Counted from the stretch's first letter, positions 28,810 to 39,702 are shown. The stretch: DNA of 64,000 bases from an uncultured Spirochaetota bacterium (GCA_963835575.1 CAWIGG010000002.1:800001-864000), one strand, 5' to 3'. The notes: a model not told the origin generated them from the sequence alone. A program made the numbers and translations.

Positions 28810-29772
28810 ATGCAGAAAGCTGTCGCTTTGCAAAGGACCTCGGGCGGATGGTTATCCTTCAAGCGTAAGGCCGCTCCGTATGTTTTTATAGCGCCTTTCT
28901 TTATTACATTTATGATTTTCCAGGTCTATCCGATTTTCTATACGCTTTATCTCAGTTTTTTCCAGTGGGGAGGGAACGCGGCCGCCGAGATGGTGCCGGT
29001 CGGTTTTGGTAATTATATCAATATTATAAAAGATCCTCTCTTCTGGCAGTCGCTCTTAAACACTCTGGGGATTGCTGTTATAACGGCGTTTCCTCAGCAT
29101 ATTCTGGCGCTCTTTTTCGCTTTTATTTTAAACCAGGGCCTTGTCCGTTTAAAGGACTTTTTTAAAGGCATCCTCTTTCTGCCTTATATCACTTCCGCGG
29201 TCGCTGTTTCGCTTGTATTTCTCATTCTTTACGGCTACCGCTACGGCCTTCTTAATTTCGGATTGGCTCAGCTGGAAAAGCTCGGGATCATAGGCGCGGG
29301 CGCGTTATTTCCCATTGAGCTGCCAATAAACTGGTTCAGAGGCTTTATCTGCTGGTTCACGATCGCTACCGTGGCCATCTGGAGATGGACCGGCTGGAAC
29401 GCCATTATTTATTTTGCCGGACTGCAGGCCATTCCGGACACGCTTTATGAAGCGGCAAGGATTGACGGGGCAAACTGGAGCCAGGTTTTCTTCAGAATCA
29501 CTCTTCCGCTTCTCAGGCCGATTATTTTTTTTGCGACGACCATGACGATCATAGGGCAGATGCAGTTGTTTGATGATCCGATGGTATTGATCGGAGGAGT
29601 GCCGGGGATGGGCACTTTCTCCAATATGGGCATGACGCTGGCTGTGTATCTTTACGGCAATGCTTTCGCGTGGTCAAGCTTCGGCAAGGCGGGAGGCATG
29701 TCCTATATCATTTTGATCCTGATTGTGGCGTTCTCCGTGGTGAATAATAGAATATTCAGAAAAGAGCAATAA
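28810..29772 (+). CDS. Carbohydrate ABC transporter permease (MalF/UgpA-like)
   Basis: VGFGNY, EAA loop LYEAARIDGAN, ITLPLLRP. Confidence 0.93.
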   Translation: MQKAVALQRTSGGWLSFKRKAAPYVFIAPFFITFMIFQVYPIFYTLYLSFFQWGGNAAAEMVPVGFGNYINIIKDPLFWQSLLNTLGIAVITAFPQHILALFFAFILNQGLVRLKDFFKGILFLPYITSAVAVSLVFLILYGYRYGLLNFGLAQLEKLGIIGAGALFPIELPINWFRGFICWFTIATVAIWRWTGWNAIIYFAGLQAIPDTLYEAARIDGANWSQVFFRITLPLLRPIIFFATTMTIIGQMQLFDDPMVLIGGVPGMGTFSNMGMTLAVYLYGNAFAWSSFGKAGGMSYIILILIVAFSVVNNRIFRKEQ

Positions 29773-29786
29773 TAAGGCGGTTGATA

Positions 29787-30701
29787 ATGGAAGATATTAA
29801 TTCTTTAGAAAGCAGAGTATCCAGGCAGGATGAAAAGTTCAGACTTCAGCATAGAGAGAGCCGCTTTAAAGCTATATTCAAGCTTTTATTGCTCTATTTA
29901 CCGCTCATCATATGGACAGTCATTACGATCTACCCGTTCTGGTATATGATTGTTGTGTCCACCAAGAGCCAGGCCCAGATATTTTCATTCCCGCCCCCGA
30001 TGACACTGGCCGGCGATTTCTGGAACCAGTTTCTGGAGAATTACCGTTCTCTTTTAAACAGGATACCGTTTTGGAGAAATTTATGGAACAGCGTTTATAT
30101 CGCCGCGATGTCGACAATCCTGTCCATCTTTTTCTGCTCGCTGGGCGGGTACGGGTTCGCGATGTACAGGTTTAAGGGAAAATCGGTCTTTTTCGCCTTT
30201 ATGCTCTTTACTCTGATGATCCCGCCTCTTATCAGTATCATTCCTTATTTTCTCATAATGAGATACTTCGGATGGCTTGATACGGCAAAAGCAATTTATC
30301 TGCCGGGTATAGCCAATTCTTTCGGTACTTTTCTTATGAGGCAGTACATAGAGACGTCCATTCCCGTTGACCTGATCGACGCGGCGAGAGTGGACGGGTG
30401 TTCCGAGTTTATGATTTACTGGCAGATCGTCTTTCCATTGATACTGCCGGTTGTCGGATCATTCGGTATTATCACATTCCTGGGAAGCTGGAATAACTTC
30501 CTGGTTGCCCTTGTTGTGATGACATCCAAAACCTCGTTTACAATTCCGGTGGCGCTCAACTCGCTCCGCGGACTGCAGAATGTGGATTACGGCGCAATCA
30601 TGGTCGGAACCTTCATTTCAGTATTTCCACTTGTGTTCATGTTCATTTTGATGTCGCGGCTTATCATATCCAAGGTAACTGAAGGGGCTTTGAAGGGATA
30701 A
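29787..30701 (+). CDS. Carbohydrate ABC transporter permease (MalG/UgpE-like)
   Basis: NSV, GYGFA, FLMRQY, LIDAARVDG, WNNFL, GALKG C-terminus. Confidence 0.93.
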   Translation: MEDINSLESRVSRQDEKFRLQHRESRFKAIFKLLLLYLPLIIWTVITIYPFWYMIVVSTKSQAQIFSFPPPMTLAGDFWNQFLENYRSLLNRIPFWRNLWNSVYIAAMSTILSIFFCSLGGYGFAMYRFKGKSVFFAFMLFTLMIPPLISIIPYFLIMRYFGWLDTAKAIYLPGIANSFGTFLMRQYIETSIPVDLIDAARVDGCSEFMIYWQIVFPLILPVVGSFGIITFLGSWNNFLVALVVMTSKTSFTIPVALNSLRGLQNVDYGAIMVGTFISVFPLVFMFILMSRLIISKVTEGALKG

Positions 30702-30853
30702 AATAACAGTTCCAAAAACTGAGTTTTTGGAACTGTTATTCGGTAATATAAAACTTTTATTTAATATCAAAGACGCTGTCCCTCACCATTTTGTTCGGCT
30801 ATACTGTGTAGCCCGCAAAATGGTGAGGGACAGCAAATTTCAGGACAATAGTC

Positions 30854-30882
30854 AGGCGGCTTTAAACAGCCGCCTTTTTTTT
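30854..30882 (+). terminator. Intrinsic terminator
   Basis: AGGCGGCT-ttaaac-AGCCGCCT followed by a T run. Confidence 0.7.
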
Positions 30883-30986
30883 GCGAAAAACGCGCCTTGC
30901 AATTTTTCATTAATAGGATTATAATTTCTTAAACACAACTGAAGACTCAGCCATGATTTAAAAAAAGAAGGGAAAAGCGCCGTCAT

Positions 30987-32000
30987 ATGAAAATCGCGGA
31001 TTTTTATGAAAGTAAAGAAGAGAAAAAGGTCTTATGCAGGCTTTGCCCTCATAATTGCCTGATCAATCCCGGGAAATCGGGAATATGCGGGGCCCGGAAG
31101 AATAATGACGGGGTGCTGTACAGCCTTAATTACGGCGTCATATCCGGTTTGTCTTTTGATCCGATAGAAAAAAAGCCGCTTTATCATTATTATCCTTCTT
31201 CCGAGATTTTATCCATCGGCACTGTCGGCTGCAATATGCATTGCCCTTTCTGCCAGAACCATCATATTTCACGCTTTTTTGATGACCAGAACCGTTCCAT
31301 TGATGATACATCAAAGCCGGGCGATATTCTGTCAGCACTGGAAGGCAGGCGAAAAAAAGGCCCTGAAAATGTATTTTCCGGCGCCGCTTATACCTATTCC
31401 GAACCTCTTGTCTGGTTTGAGTTTGTAATGGAAACGGCTTCATTGCTGAAAGAAAGGAATTATAAAAATGTTCTGGTTACCAACGGGTTCATCAGCCGGG
31501 GGCCGCTCGCCGAATTACTGCCTTTGACGGACGCGGCTAATATTGATTTAAAAGCCTTCACGGAAGAACACTACCGCCGGCTCGGGGGCAGACTGAAGCC
31601 GGTTTTAGACTCCATCGGGGCTTTTAAGAAAGCCGGCGTGCATATTGAGCTGACCACACTGGTTGTGACAGGATTAAATGATAATCTGGATGAACTGGAA
31701 AATCTGGTTAAATGGATCGCGGAACTGGATAAATCAATTCCCTATCATATTTCCCGTTATTTTCCGCAATACCGTTATAATGAAAGAGCAACGGACATTC
31801 AATTCATGAACCGGGCAAAAGAGATGGCGGACGGCTATCTGGATTATGTCTATACGGGGAATATTCATGGAGAAAGCGGCAGCGCATGCCCTCAATGCAA
31901 AAATGTACTCGTTAAAAGAGAGGGATATTATACTAAAATAACAGGCATCAAAGACGGGCATTGCTCAGTCTGCGGAAGAAAAGCGGATTTTATTTTATAA
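30987..32000 (+). CDS. amrS: AmmeMemoRadiSam system radical SAM enzyme
   Basis: CRLCPHNC, DPIEKKPLYH, GCNMHCPFCQNH (CxxxCxxC), YTYSEP, NIDLK. Confidence 0.92.
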   Translation: MKIADFYESKEEKKVLCRLCPHNCLINPGKSGICGARKNNDGVLYSLNYGVISGLSFDPIEKKPLYHYYPSSEILSIGTVGCNMHCPFCQNHHISRFFDDQNRSIDDTSKPGDILSALEGRRKKGPENVFSGAAYTYSEPLVWFEFVMETASLLKERNYKNVLVTNGFISRGPLAELLPLTDAANIDLKAFTEEHYRRLGGRLKPVLDSIGAFKKAGVHIELTTLVVTGLNDNLDELENLVKWIAELDKSIPYHISRYFPQYRYNERATDIQFMNRAKEMADGYLDYVYTGNIHGESGSACPQCKNVLVKREGYYTKITGIKDGHCSVCGRKADFIL

Positions 32001-32021
32001 ATTTTGTACTGCGGGGCGGGC

Positions 32022-33473
32022 ATGGTTGAAATTTGCGAAGCGAAGAACGGATCACCGACGGTCGTAAAGGACGGTATATTTTTACTCAGCCGATATGACC
32101 CTGTCCGTGAAGTCGAGCGGTTTATTGAAAAATCGGCCATAGACAGGGATAATCATTTTATTATTTTCGGAAGCGCGCTGGGCTATATGGTAAATGCTTT
32201 AACCGGTAAAGGTATTGATAAGGACAATATAATCGTTCATGAACCGGACCCTGTGCTGCGTGATTATTTTGTAAAGAAATTCCCGGATATAACACTGCTG
32301 GACGGCGGTATATTTATTTCCGGTTATCTGGAAAAAAAACTCCTGGGGCAGAAAAAACCCTGCCTGCTCAGCCTGGAGTCTTTCCGCAAAGCGTTTCATG
32401 AAGATTATGAACATTTTACTCAGGCGGTAAGAAATTCCCTTCAAGTCGCTGTGGAAAACATCAAAGTCTCATCCTATTTTTCCAAAGTCTGGTTTATGAA
32501 TTTTATGAGAAACCTTTTTATAACAAAGTCAAAAAGAGACGCTTTTATTCTTAAAAAGCCGGTTAAAAAAACGGATATGACTGTTTTAGTTGCGGCCTCC
32601 GGCCCTTCATTAAATGAAAGCATTGCGGAGATCGGAAAATATCAGGGCCGGATGATCATCATTTCCGTTTTGTCCGCGGCCCATTCTCTATTAAATGCGG
32701 GAATTAAACCGGATTTTATCGTTATGAGCGACGCCGGCGTCTTTAATAAAATGCATGGCTTCGGTATTCCCGAGGACATACCTGTATTCAGCGGTGTTTA
32801 TGGCAGCAGTTCCTTATTATCGTCTATAAAAAACCCTGTTATTTTTTATGATCTGCAGGATGAAATAGATGAGCCGGGCTTTGAGTTAAAAAACCCGTCT
32901 GTTACAATTGACGCCGGACGGCTCGCTAATCTTTTGTCGGAAAAAAAAGTGATTTTCGCGGGCTTTGACCTGGCGTATTCACTGAGCGGAGGCAGCCATT
33001 GCGCCGGCAATGCTTTTTATGAGAGAAAGAAAAGCGCGGTCAGCCGGTTTGATACTTTTGATGCTTATTCAACATCCTTTTTAAAAAGAAAGGATCTGAC
33101 CGCTTTAAATGAGAAAGGCCTTTATACGCAAAGCCAGTTTTTACTGGTAAAAAACCTTGCAGAGAAATATTTCAAGGGCAATAAATATATAGGCCGGGGC
33201 GTCGAGTTCAGTTCGCTTATAAAATTAAAGGATTTCAGCCTGACGGATTTCGGCAAAAGCAGGAAAGCTGATGCAATAAACGCGGTCAAATTAAACTTTA
33301 TGAGGGAAGACGGGGTTTTGAATAAAATTGACGGAAAAATGAATGATATCAAATCGGAATTAAAATCAAAAAATAAAGGCTTTTACTCGCGCATTTTTGT
33401 CAGGGAGATTGTTTCGTCAATGCCGGTTGACGGAATAATCCGTTATTATGAAAATAAAATCTCAAATTTCTAA
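32022..33473 (+). CDS. DUF115 / Maf-like (MptE-like domain) protein
   Basis: SRYDP, VAASGPSL, GIKPDF, FAGFDLAY...H. Confidence 0.75.
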   Translation: MVEICEAKNGSPTVVKDGIFLLSRYDPVREVERFIEKSAIDRDNHFIIFGSALGYMVNALTGKGIDKDNIIVHEPDPVLRDYFVKKFPDITLLDGGIFISGYLEKKLLGQKKPCLLSLESFRKAFHEDYEHFTQAVRNSLQVAVENIKVSSYFSKVWFMNFMRNLFITKSKRDAFILKKPVKKTDMTVLVAASGPSLNESIAEIGKYQGRMIIISVLSAAHSLLNAGIKPDFIVMSDAGVFNKMHGFGIPEDIPVFSGVYGSSSLLSSIKNPVIFYDLQDEIDEPGFELKNPSVTIDAGRLANLLSEKKVIFAGFDLAYSLSGGSHCAGNAFYERKKSAVSRFDTFDAYSTSFLKRKDLTALNEKGLYTQSQFLLVKNLAEKYFKGNKYIGRGVEFSSLIKLKDFSLTDFGKSRKADAINAVKLNFMREDGVLNKIDGKMNDIKSELKSKNKGFYSRIFVREIVSSMPVDGIIRYYENKISNF

Positions 33474-33494
33474 TTATAAAGTCCCTGTTAAATA

Positions 33495-34610
33495 TTACCA
33501 GATTTTATCGACAGCGGCGCCTCTGTAAAAAAAGGCGAGGATATTTTTATATTCGAAGCCCTGTTTTGCCATGCCGAGCGCGTCCCATTGCCCCATACCG
33601 ACGCCATGGCCGTAGCCGACACCGCTTACAAAAAGATCATCATTAGTGATCTTGATATTCGCCCTTGTGCTCTTCATCTGCGTGGAGCCGATCAGTTCCC
33701 GTAAATCTTTTCCCTGCAAAAGCGTTTTTTTCCCGGAACTGTCTGTAAATTCAACATTCTTTATTCTTTTTGACAAACTTCTTTCAGTCACATTAACAGC
33801 GGCGATCTTATCAGGCATTTTAAGAAGGTAAGCCATTCTTTTCAAAGGAATTGTCACTTCCCATTTATTATCCTTATAAATGGAGCTGTAAGGCGAGGCG
33901 ACAGACGTGAGATACGGCTTATTATCGCCGAAAACCTCGCTCGAGGATTCAGTCATTCCGCCGCTGGCGGAGTGAAAAAAAGACTGGATTATTTTGCCTT
34001 CATACCGGAGCACTTCGCCCATGGTGGAATCAACGGCCAGCGAAGTAAATCTGGATTCCTTTGCAGAGCCGTCATATACCTGAGAGCGGGTATCATTAAA
34101 GAGGTCGAAAATACGGCCGCTTTTCCGGGAGCTGACGACTTCGTAGAGGGCGAAGGTCCTTGATACAATGGCCTGCGCTTTCAGGACCTCCATATCCCAG
34201 TTCGGCGAGACTTCATTGGGGAGCACGCCCTTTATATAAGTCTCAATATCGATGGTATTGATCAGCATAAGGGAATTGTTGGTAAGAATGATTACAGCGC
34301 TTCCGCCGTATTTTTTCCCGTTAAATTCAAAACTTGAACCGGGAATGATTTCAATGGAATCAGCGCTGACAGCGGTATCATTGACTAACAGCTTACTTCC
34401 CGTGTAATTGATATAAACCGGGCCTTCCCCCATTTCTTTTCTTGAGTTAATCGAGAGGACATAATTCCTGCCGGGTTTTATCTGTATTTCCCTGCCTTGA
34501 TAAAGCAGTATTTTAACGATGGGCGAAGCATGGGCGACCGGCCTTTGATAATTGGAACAGCCGGTATATAATAATATAATAAAAACACAATACATTACCA
34601 ATACTTTCAT
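33495..34610 (-). CDS. SpoIID/LytB domain lipoprotein (lytic transglycosylase-like)
   Basis: ETYIKGVLPNEV, LKAQAIVSRT, FHSASGG, GYGHGVGMGQW; YTGC lipobox-like. Confidence 0.9.
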   Translation of the reverse strand: MKVLVMYCVFIILLYTGCSNYQRPVAHASPIVKILLYQGREIQIKPGRNYVLSINSRKEMGEGPVYINYTGSKLLVNDTAVSADSIEIIPGSSFEFNGKKYGGSAVIILTNNSLMLINTIDIETYIKGVLPNEVSPNWDMEVLKAQAIVSRTFALYEVVSSRKSGRIFDLFNDTRSQVYDGSAKESRFTSLAVDSTMGEVLRYEGKIIQSFFHSASGGMTESSSEVFGDNKPYLTSVASPYSSIYKDNKWEVTIPLKRMAYLLKMPDKIAAVNVTERSLSKRIKNVEFTDSSGKKTLLQGKDLRELIGSTQMKSTRANIKITNDDLFVSGVGYGHGVGMGQWDALGMAKQGFEYKNILAFFYRGAAVDKIW

Positions 34611-34663
34611 TTTGACCTCGATGAAATGTTATAATAATATTATCGGTAATGTTGAGAAAAACT

Positions 34664-35251
34664 CTATAAAACTGCGAGAATGAAAAATTCGATCTGTTTG
34701 CGGAGCTTTTCCTCGTCCGCGTTGTTAAAGATGATGTAGTCGATATCCTGTTTATGGCGGTTGAAGTCATCCTGGATCTTCAGGACTTTCAGGATTTTTT
34801 CCTCGGGCCAGTTCCTGTATTTTTTTATACGCTCCACCAGTTTGTCCGCTGGCGCTTCCACAGCCAGTATATAATCGCAGATTTCGTCCAGCTTGATCTC
34901 AAATAAAAGGGCGGCGTCCAATGCTATAAGCTTGGTATTAATATCGTTGATCATCCTGATGATTTTCTTTTTCATTTCAGGATGAAGGAGCGAATTAAGC
35001 TGTTTAAGCTTATCGGGATCGGAAAAAACCAGATTGCCGAGGAGGGCCCTGTCGATTTTATTTTTATCGTTAATGATGTCTTTACCGAATTCCTCTATAA
35101 TCTTTGGTTTCAGTTCTTCCAGGACAGCATGCCCGACCTTATCTGCGTCGATCATGGAAAAACCGTAATCGTCGCAGAGGACCTTCGCGACAGTTGATTT
35201 GCCTGAGCCGATTTTCCCGGCGATGCCGATAAGAAAATGCTTTTTTGCCAT
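34664..35251 (-). CDS. coaE: Dephospho-CoA kinase
   Basis: GIAGKIGSGKST, IDAD, IDRALLG..VF, LHP, DAALLFE. Confidence 0.95.
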   Translation of the reverse strand: MAKKHFLIGIAGKIGSGKSTVAKVLCDDYGFSMIDADKVGHAVLEELKPKIIEEFGKDIINDKNKIDRALLGNLVFSDPDKLKQLNSLLHPEMKKKIIRMINDINTKLIALDAALLFEIKLDEICDYILAVEAPADKLVERIKKYRNWPEEKILKVLKIQDDFNRHKQDIDYIIFNNADEEKLRKQIEFFILAVL

Positions 35252-35329
35252 ACGCCCTTCAAATTATTTATTTATCCCTTTCTATCCGCCATTAAAAATA
35301 GAATAAAGGAAAGACTCATTTTTAATATT

Positions 35330-35659
35330 TTACCGGCAGAATTCCTTCCGGATAATTTTTTCTATCTGCTTGAAATTTCTATTTTCATAAAGGAGTCCCA
35401 ATATTCTCCGGGAGACATCCCTTCTATGGATAAAATTACAAGCGCTGCAGTCCCATATTTTTATATTATCTTTATTTTTAATCCATTTTCCCGTGCCGGT
35501 CCTGTTCCGGCATGGATAAAACGGGCAATAGCAGAAAAAGCAGTCCAGGATGCCGTCATCGGGAAGCTTATGGCAGGGATAATAACGGCAGTCTTTAAAA
35601 GTAAAATGGGTCTGCGCGAATTGGATTTGCTTTCTTAAAGATTCCAGCGTCTTATCCAA
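35330..35659 (-). CDS. Cysteine-rich small domain protein
   Basis: CRYYPCH, CFFCYCPFYPC, WDCSACNFIH. Confidence 0.8.
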   Translation of the reverse strand: MDKTLESLRKQIQFAQTHFTFKDCRYYPCHKLPDDGILDCFFCYCPFYPCRNRTGTGKWIKNKDNIKIWDCSACNFIHRRDVSRRILGLLYENRNFKQIEKIIRKEFCR

Positions 35660-35825
35660 TATTGTATTCCTTAATCTTATATATTATAATATATTAATGA
35701 ATTTTACAGAATAAAACAAGTTACAGACAGGAGCGTTTTTTTTGCAGAATTGAAGAAAATGATCGTAAAATAAGTATTATATATAACAGAATATTATTAT
35801 TAATAATTATAAAAAAGGGGTATTT

Positions 35826-36812
35826 ATGAAAAAATTCCTATTATGTTTTTGTTTGTCGCTTCTGATCAATACCTGCTTCGGTTTTCTGTCCATTTCAATC
35901 AAACCTTCGGCGGATTTCTACAACGACGGGATCGGCTATAACGCCGGGCTGTCCGTTGAGGCCGATTTAAACGCGCTGTTTTCATCAATGCCGAAGGGTC
36001 TGTACATCAGCGGGGATTTTTTATTCGCTGGAGCTTATTACAATAATAATTCCTTTGTCAATAAAGTATTCGCGGGAGAGGCGGGTTACCATGTCCCTTT
36101 ATGGGGCGGAAAGATCATCCTGACGCCTTCAGTCATCATAGGCGGGGGCCTGATATCATTTTACGGGCCGACAAACGCGCCAGGGGATAGATGGGGATTG
36201 TACGCCATGCCCGGGTTGAGCGTTCAGACACCGCTGGGAAAATATATCAGTATCGGGATTTATGGCGGATATTCCTATTTTGCCTATGATCTGTACAAAT
36301 TATACGGAATTAACACGGGCGCCGTTTTGAATATCAGCCTGCCTCTCTTTGAGGATGAGGGCTCCGTTAAACCGGAAGATTCGGGCGGCAGTGAGATGCT
36401 CAGAAAGGACATTCAGTCCGTACTGAAGGCGGACACGGCGGCCGGAGAGGTTGTTACAAGGGAGGGCAATGAAGTCAGGATGAGCATGTCGGACATTCTT
36501 TTTGAACTGAACAGCGAAAGGATTAATAAAGATTCGGTCAAATCGATTGAGGCCGTTGCCGAAAAGGTAAAAACATACAAAAATATCAGAATCATTATTG
36601 AAGGCTATACGGACGATTCGGGAAACGCCGCCTATAACAAAGACCTTTCGGAAAAAAGGGCCAAAAATGTGGCGGATATCTTCATAAGGCTCGGGATACC
36701 GTTTGAAATGATTTCCTATCACGGCTTTGGAATGGAAAAACCCATAGCGCCGAATGACACTGAAGAGAACAGGGCTAAAAACCGCCGCGTTGTGATACGT
36801 TTTTTGATGTAA
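35826..36812 (+). CDS. OmpA family protein (N-terminal beta-barrel plus peptidoglycan-binding domain)
   Basis: ILF..NS, IEGYTDDSG...YN..LSEKRA, NRAKNRRV. Confidence 0.92.
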   Translation: MKKFLLCFCLSLLINTCFGFLSISIKPSADFYNDGIGYNAGLSVEADLNALFSSMPKGLYISGDFLFAGAYYNNNSFVNKVFAGEAGYHVPLWGGKIILTPSVIIGGGLISFYGPTNAPGDRWGLYAMPGLSVQTPLGKYISIGIYGGYSYFAYDLYKLYGINTGAVLNISLPLFEDEGSVKPEDSGGSEMLRKDIQSVLKADTAAGEVVTREGNEVRMSMSDILFELNSERINKDSVKSIEAVAEKVKTYKNIRIIIEGYTDDSGNAAYNKDLSEKRAKNVADIFIRLGIPFEMISYHGFGMEKPIAPNDTEENRAKNRRVVIRFLM

Positions 36813-37147
36813 AAATAATTAACAGGAAGACGGAAAGCGATGCCCTGAATAAGTGAAGCGCATCGAAGGGGCGGGAAGGATTAATGGGAGAAGAATATGG
36901 GATTTGGCATATATAAGCGTAATTGCGGGGAGATGGTTATCTTCCCTGCCGGAAGTTACAGCCCGAAGCAATCTGTCGGGCCGCACTGGAGTAGCTTACA
37001 AACTGATGAGGGAGGATTTGGCGGATTAGCGCGGATATTTCATGAAGGTATTAACGGGAATCAGTGTGATTAATCGGATATAATAAAAAAAAGGAAATTT
37101 AAAGTTAGGAAAGATAATCTTAATTTTATGTAAGATAGGAGAGATAT

Positions 37148-38668
37148 ATGAGAAAAATTATATTACTATCAGCTTTTATTTTATCAGTCATTACTTCCTG
37201 CGCGTCGCTTAAGGACATGTGGCCCGGCCAGACAGAAGAAAAGGGCCAATCAAACACCGTTCGGCAGAACGGCATTGTAATGGAAATACTGGCCCCGACC
37301 AATCATCAGGTATTCGGTGCAGGCAGTGTGGCCGTGTCCGGGCTGACCTACTGCACAAACGGAAATGAAGTCAGCAATATCCTGCTTTCCGTTGACGGCG
37401 GACTTTATATATCGCAGGGGTCGAACCATGCCTGGAATACGAATATTGTGATTACCGACGGCGGCCATACCCTTGCCGCTTATGCTCTGGACAATACGGG
37501 CGCTTCCAGCATAACACAGCAGGCCGGCATAACGCTATTTCCGGCGCCTTCTAATTTGTCCGCTTCCGATGGAGTGGCTCACCAGGGATATGTGCTTGTC
37601 CAGTGGACAAACAGCTGGGGAGCGCAGTCTTATAATATTTACCGCTCTCTTTCCTCCGGTGGTCCCTATTCGCTGATCGGGAGCAGTCCTTCCAACGCTT
37701 ACTGCGACAGGTCTGTTTTTCCGCTGACAAACTATTATTATGAAGCCTCGGCTGTTTCCTCAACATACGGTGAGACATTAAAAAGCTTATCAGATGTGGG
37801 GTACAGGCTGATGTGGGAGTTTATTTTTGACGGCAAATGGGGAAGCAGCGGTACAGGAGATGGGCAGTTTAATACTCCTTATGGAATAGCCGTTTATGGC
37901 AATACAAATATTTTTGTGACAGATTTTAATAATAACAGAATACAAAAATTCAACACAAACGGTGATTTTATATTGAAATGGGGTTCTTCTGGGTCTGGTC
38001 TTGGTCAATTTCGAAATCCTCATAGTATAGCTATCAATGAAAATATATACATAACTGAAACCATGGGCTTTAGAATACAAAAATTTGATTTGAATACGAA
38101 CTTTATTACTAACTGGGGACAGGGTGGAAAAGGCAATGGACAATTTAATTGGCCTTGTGGTATAGTAAATGATTCATCAGGATATTTATATGTAGTTGAT
38201 GAAGGTAATTCCAGGATACAGAAATTTGATACAAATGGGAATTTTATATTAAGCTGGGGAACCAATGGATCAGGGGACGGCCAATTTAGTAATCCAATTG
38301 GAATTGGTATTGATTTCAATAATAATATATATGCGGTTGATGTGTTGAATAATCGGGTTCAAGTTTTTGACACGAATGGAAATTTTCTCAGGAAATGGGG
38401 AAGTCTCGGTACAAGTAACGGCCAATTTAATTCACCGCATAGCGTTAAAGTGGATTCGGAAGGTATTGTTTATGTTTCTGATTTAAGCAATAGAATCCAG
38501 GTCTTTGATTTGTATGGTAATTATTATACATCCTTCGGGACTAACGGCAGCGGCGACGGGCAATTTAATGAGCCCCGCGGCATAACTATTATTTCATCTG
38601 CATATAATTATTATATTTTTGTGGTTGATTCAATGAACAACCGTATCCAGCGCTTCCGGAGGGAATAA
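37148..38668 (+). CDS. Lipoprotein with Ig/FN3-like domains and a six-bladed NHL beta-propeller
   Basis: ITSC lipobox; six WG..G.G.GQF..P.GI...YV.D..N.RIQ.F repeats. Confidence 0.88.
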   Translation: MRKIILLSAFILSVITSCASLKDMWPGQTEEKGQSNTVRQNGIVMEILAPTNHQVFGAGSVAVSGLTYCTNGNEVSNILLSVDGGLYISQGSNHAWNTNIVITDGGHTLAAYALDNTGASSITQQAGITLFPAPSNLSASDGVAHQGYVLVQWTNSWGAQSYNIYRSLSSGGPYSLIGSSPSNAYCDRSVFPLTNYYYEASAVSSTYGETLKSLSDVGYRLMWEFIFDGKWGSSGTGDGQFNTPYGIAVYGNTNIFVTDFNNNRIQKFNTNGDFILKWGSSGSGLGQFRNPHSIAINENIYITETMGFRIQKFDLNTNFITNWGQGGKGNGQFNWPCGIVNDSSGYLYVVDEGNSRIQKFDTNGNFILSWGTNGSGDGQFSNPIGIGIDFNNNIYAVDVLNNRVQVFDTNGNFLRKWGSLGTSNGQFNSPHSVKVDSEGIVYVSDLSNRIQVFDLYGNYYTSFGTNGSGDGQFNEPRGITIISSAYNYYIFVVDSMNNRIQRFRRE

Positions 38669-38756
38669 ATTATAAAACCTTTCGAAAGTGCAAAAAAAAC
38701 TGTGCTGATATGAAGTGAATCCATACTTTGTATTGTTAGTGTTTAATACAAAAAGC

Positions 38757-38900
38757 GTCATTGAGAGCGGATTACCCGCTCCTTCGCCGCTGATTACAGC
38801 GCGAAGCAATCTGTCTGTACATTAAGCAATATCTATAAGCCGACAGATTGCTTCGGGCGAAGGCTTTCGGCAAAGCAGATGTCTGTCTCCTCGCAATGAC
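38757..38900. repeat. GTCATTGCGAG...CTCGCAATGAC palindromic element, copy 1
   Basis: Terminal IR GTCATTGAGAG/CTCGCAATGAC and inner CGAAGCAATCTGTC/GACAGATTGCTTCG; direct-repeat partner at 39950-40178. Confidence 0.8.
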
Positions 38901-39082
38901 GGCTTTTATAATTTATCGCATTTTTCAGTAAAACCGCAAAGCATATATGTCAAAAGCCTTTCGTTTATGCAAAACCGCCGTCATTCCGAGCATCTTGATA
39001 TCGGTATTTTAATTGAGGAGATACTTCAGGGGCAAATGTATGAGTGAGAGTCAGAATAGGAAATTGAACGCGATGATGATTT

Positions 39083-39466
39083 TTATAGACTTTTTAAAGT
39101 TATGTCTGTCTTTTTAAAGTCTTTGTCAAAACTTACAAGTGTTAGATTGTATTTTTTTGAAATAAAGTACTGGTAAGAATCATCAAAATCGATAGCGAAC
39201 TCTTTTTGTATATCAATTAAATGGAATATTTCTTCGGGTTTAACATAGAGTACATTTACATGCCCCAAAGTGATTACGTCATCTAAGAAATTCCTTAAAA
39301 CATCAAGCTTTTTTAAACGGCTTAAAATAACGCCGATGGAATAAAGCGAAAAGCCGCTTATTGATATCAATGAAGTATCGGTTTTAGTAAGAAATCTTGA
39401 AACCTTTAAACTTTTTTCCTGGTTCAGGAATAGTTCAATCCAGACGTTCGTGTCGACCAGATACAT
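39083..39466 (-). CDS. PIN-domain (VapC-like) toxin
   Basis: YLVDTNVW, DFDDSYQY, LVSFDKDF; start overlaps antitoxin stop (TAATG). Confidence 0.9.
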   Translation of the reverse strand: MYLVDTNVWIELFLNQEKSLKVSRFLTKTDTSLISISGFSLYSIGVILSRLKKLDVLRNFLDDVITLGHVNVLYVKPEEIFHLIDIQKEFAIDFDDSYQYFISKKYNLTLVSFDKDFKKTDITLKSL

Positions 39467-39702
39467 TATTTTGACCACCAATCCATGGATTTTTTCTGCA
39501 GTTCTAACGAAGTAAATTTATTCTTATATTCCTCAAGGCCTCCCGCCCATTTTAAAGACAACCTCTTCGGTCCGGCATGGGTTTTATATTTCTTCTCAAT
39601 TATAAATTCGACAAAGTCAAATACCTCGTTTTTTAAATCATCAGGCAGACCGTCAATCATTTTTTTAATGTCTTTTACATTTGTTTTATTAACTAAGATC
39701 AT
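39466..39702 (-). CDS. DUF2281-like antitoxin
   Basis: LPDDLKNEVFDFVEF, WAGGL, TSLELQKK..DW; directly upstream of the PIN gene. Confidence 0.85.
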   Translation of the reverse strand: MILVNKTNVKDIKKMIDGLPDDLKNEVFDFVEFIIEKKYKTHAGPKRLSLKWAGGLEEYKNKFTSLELQKKSMDWWSK

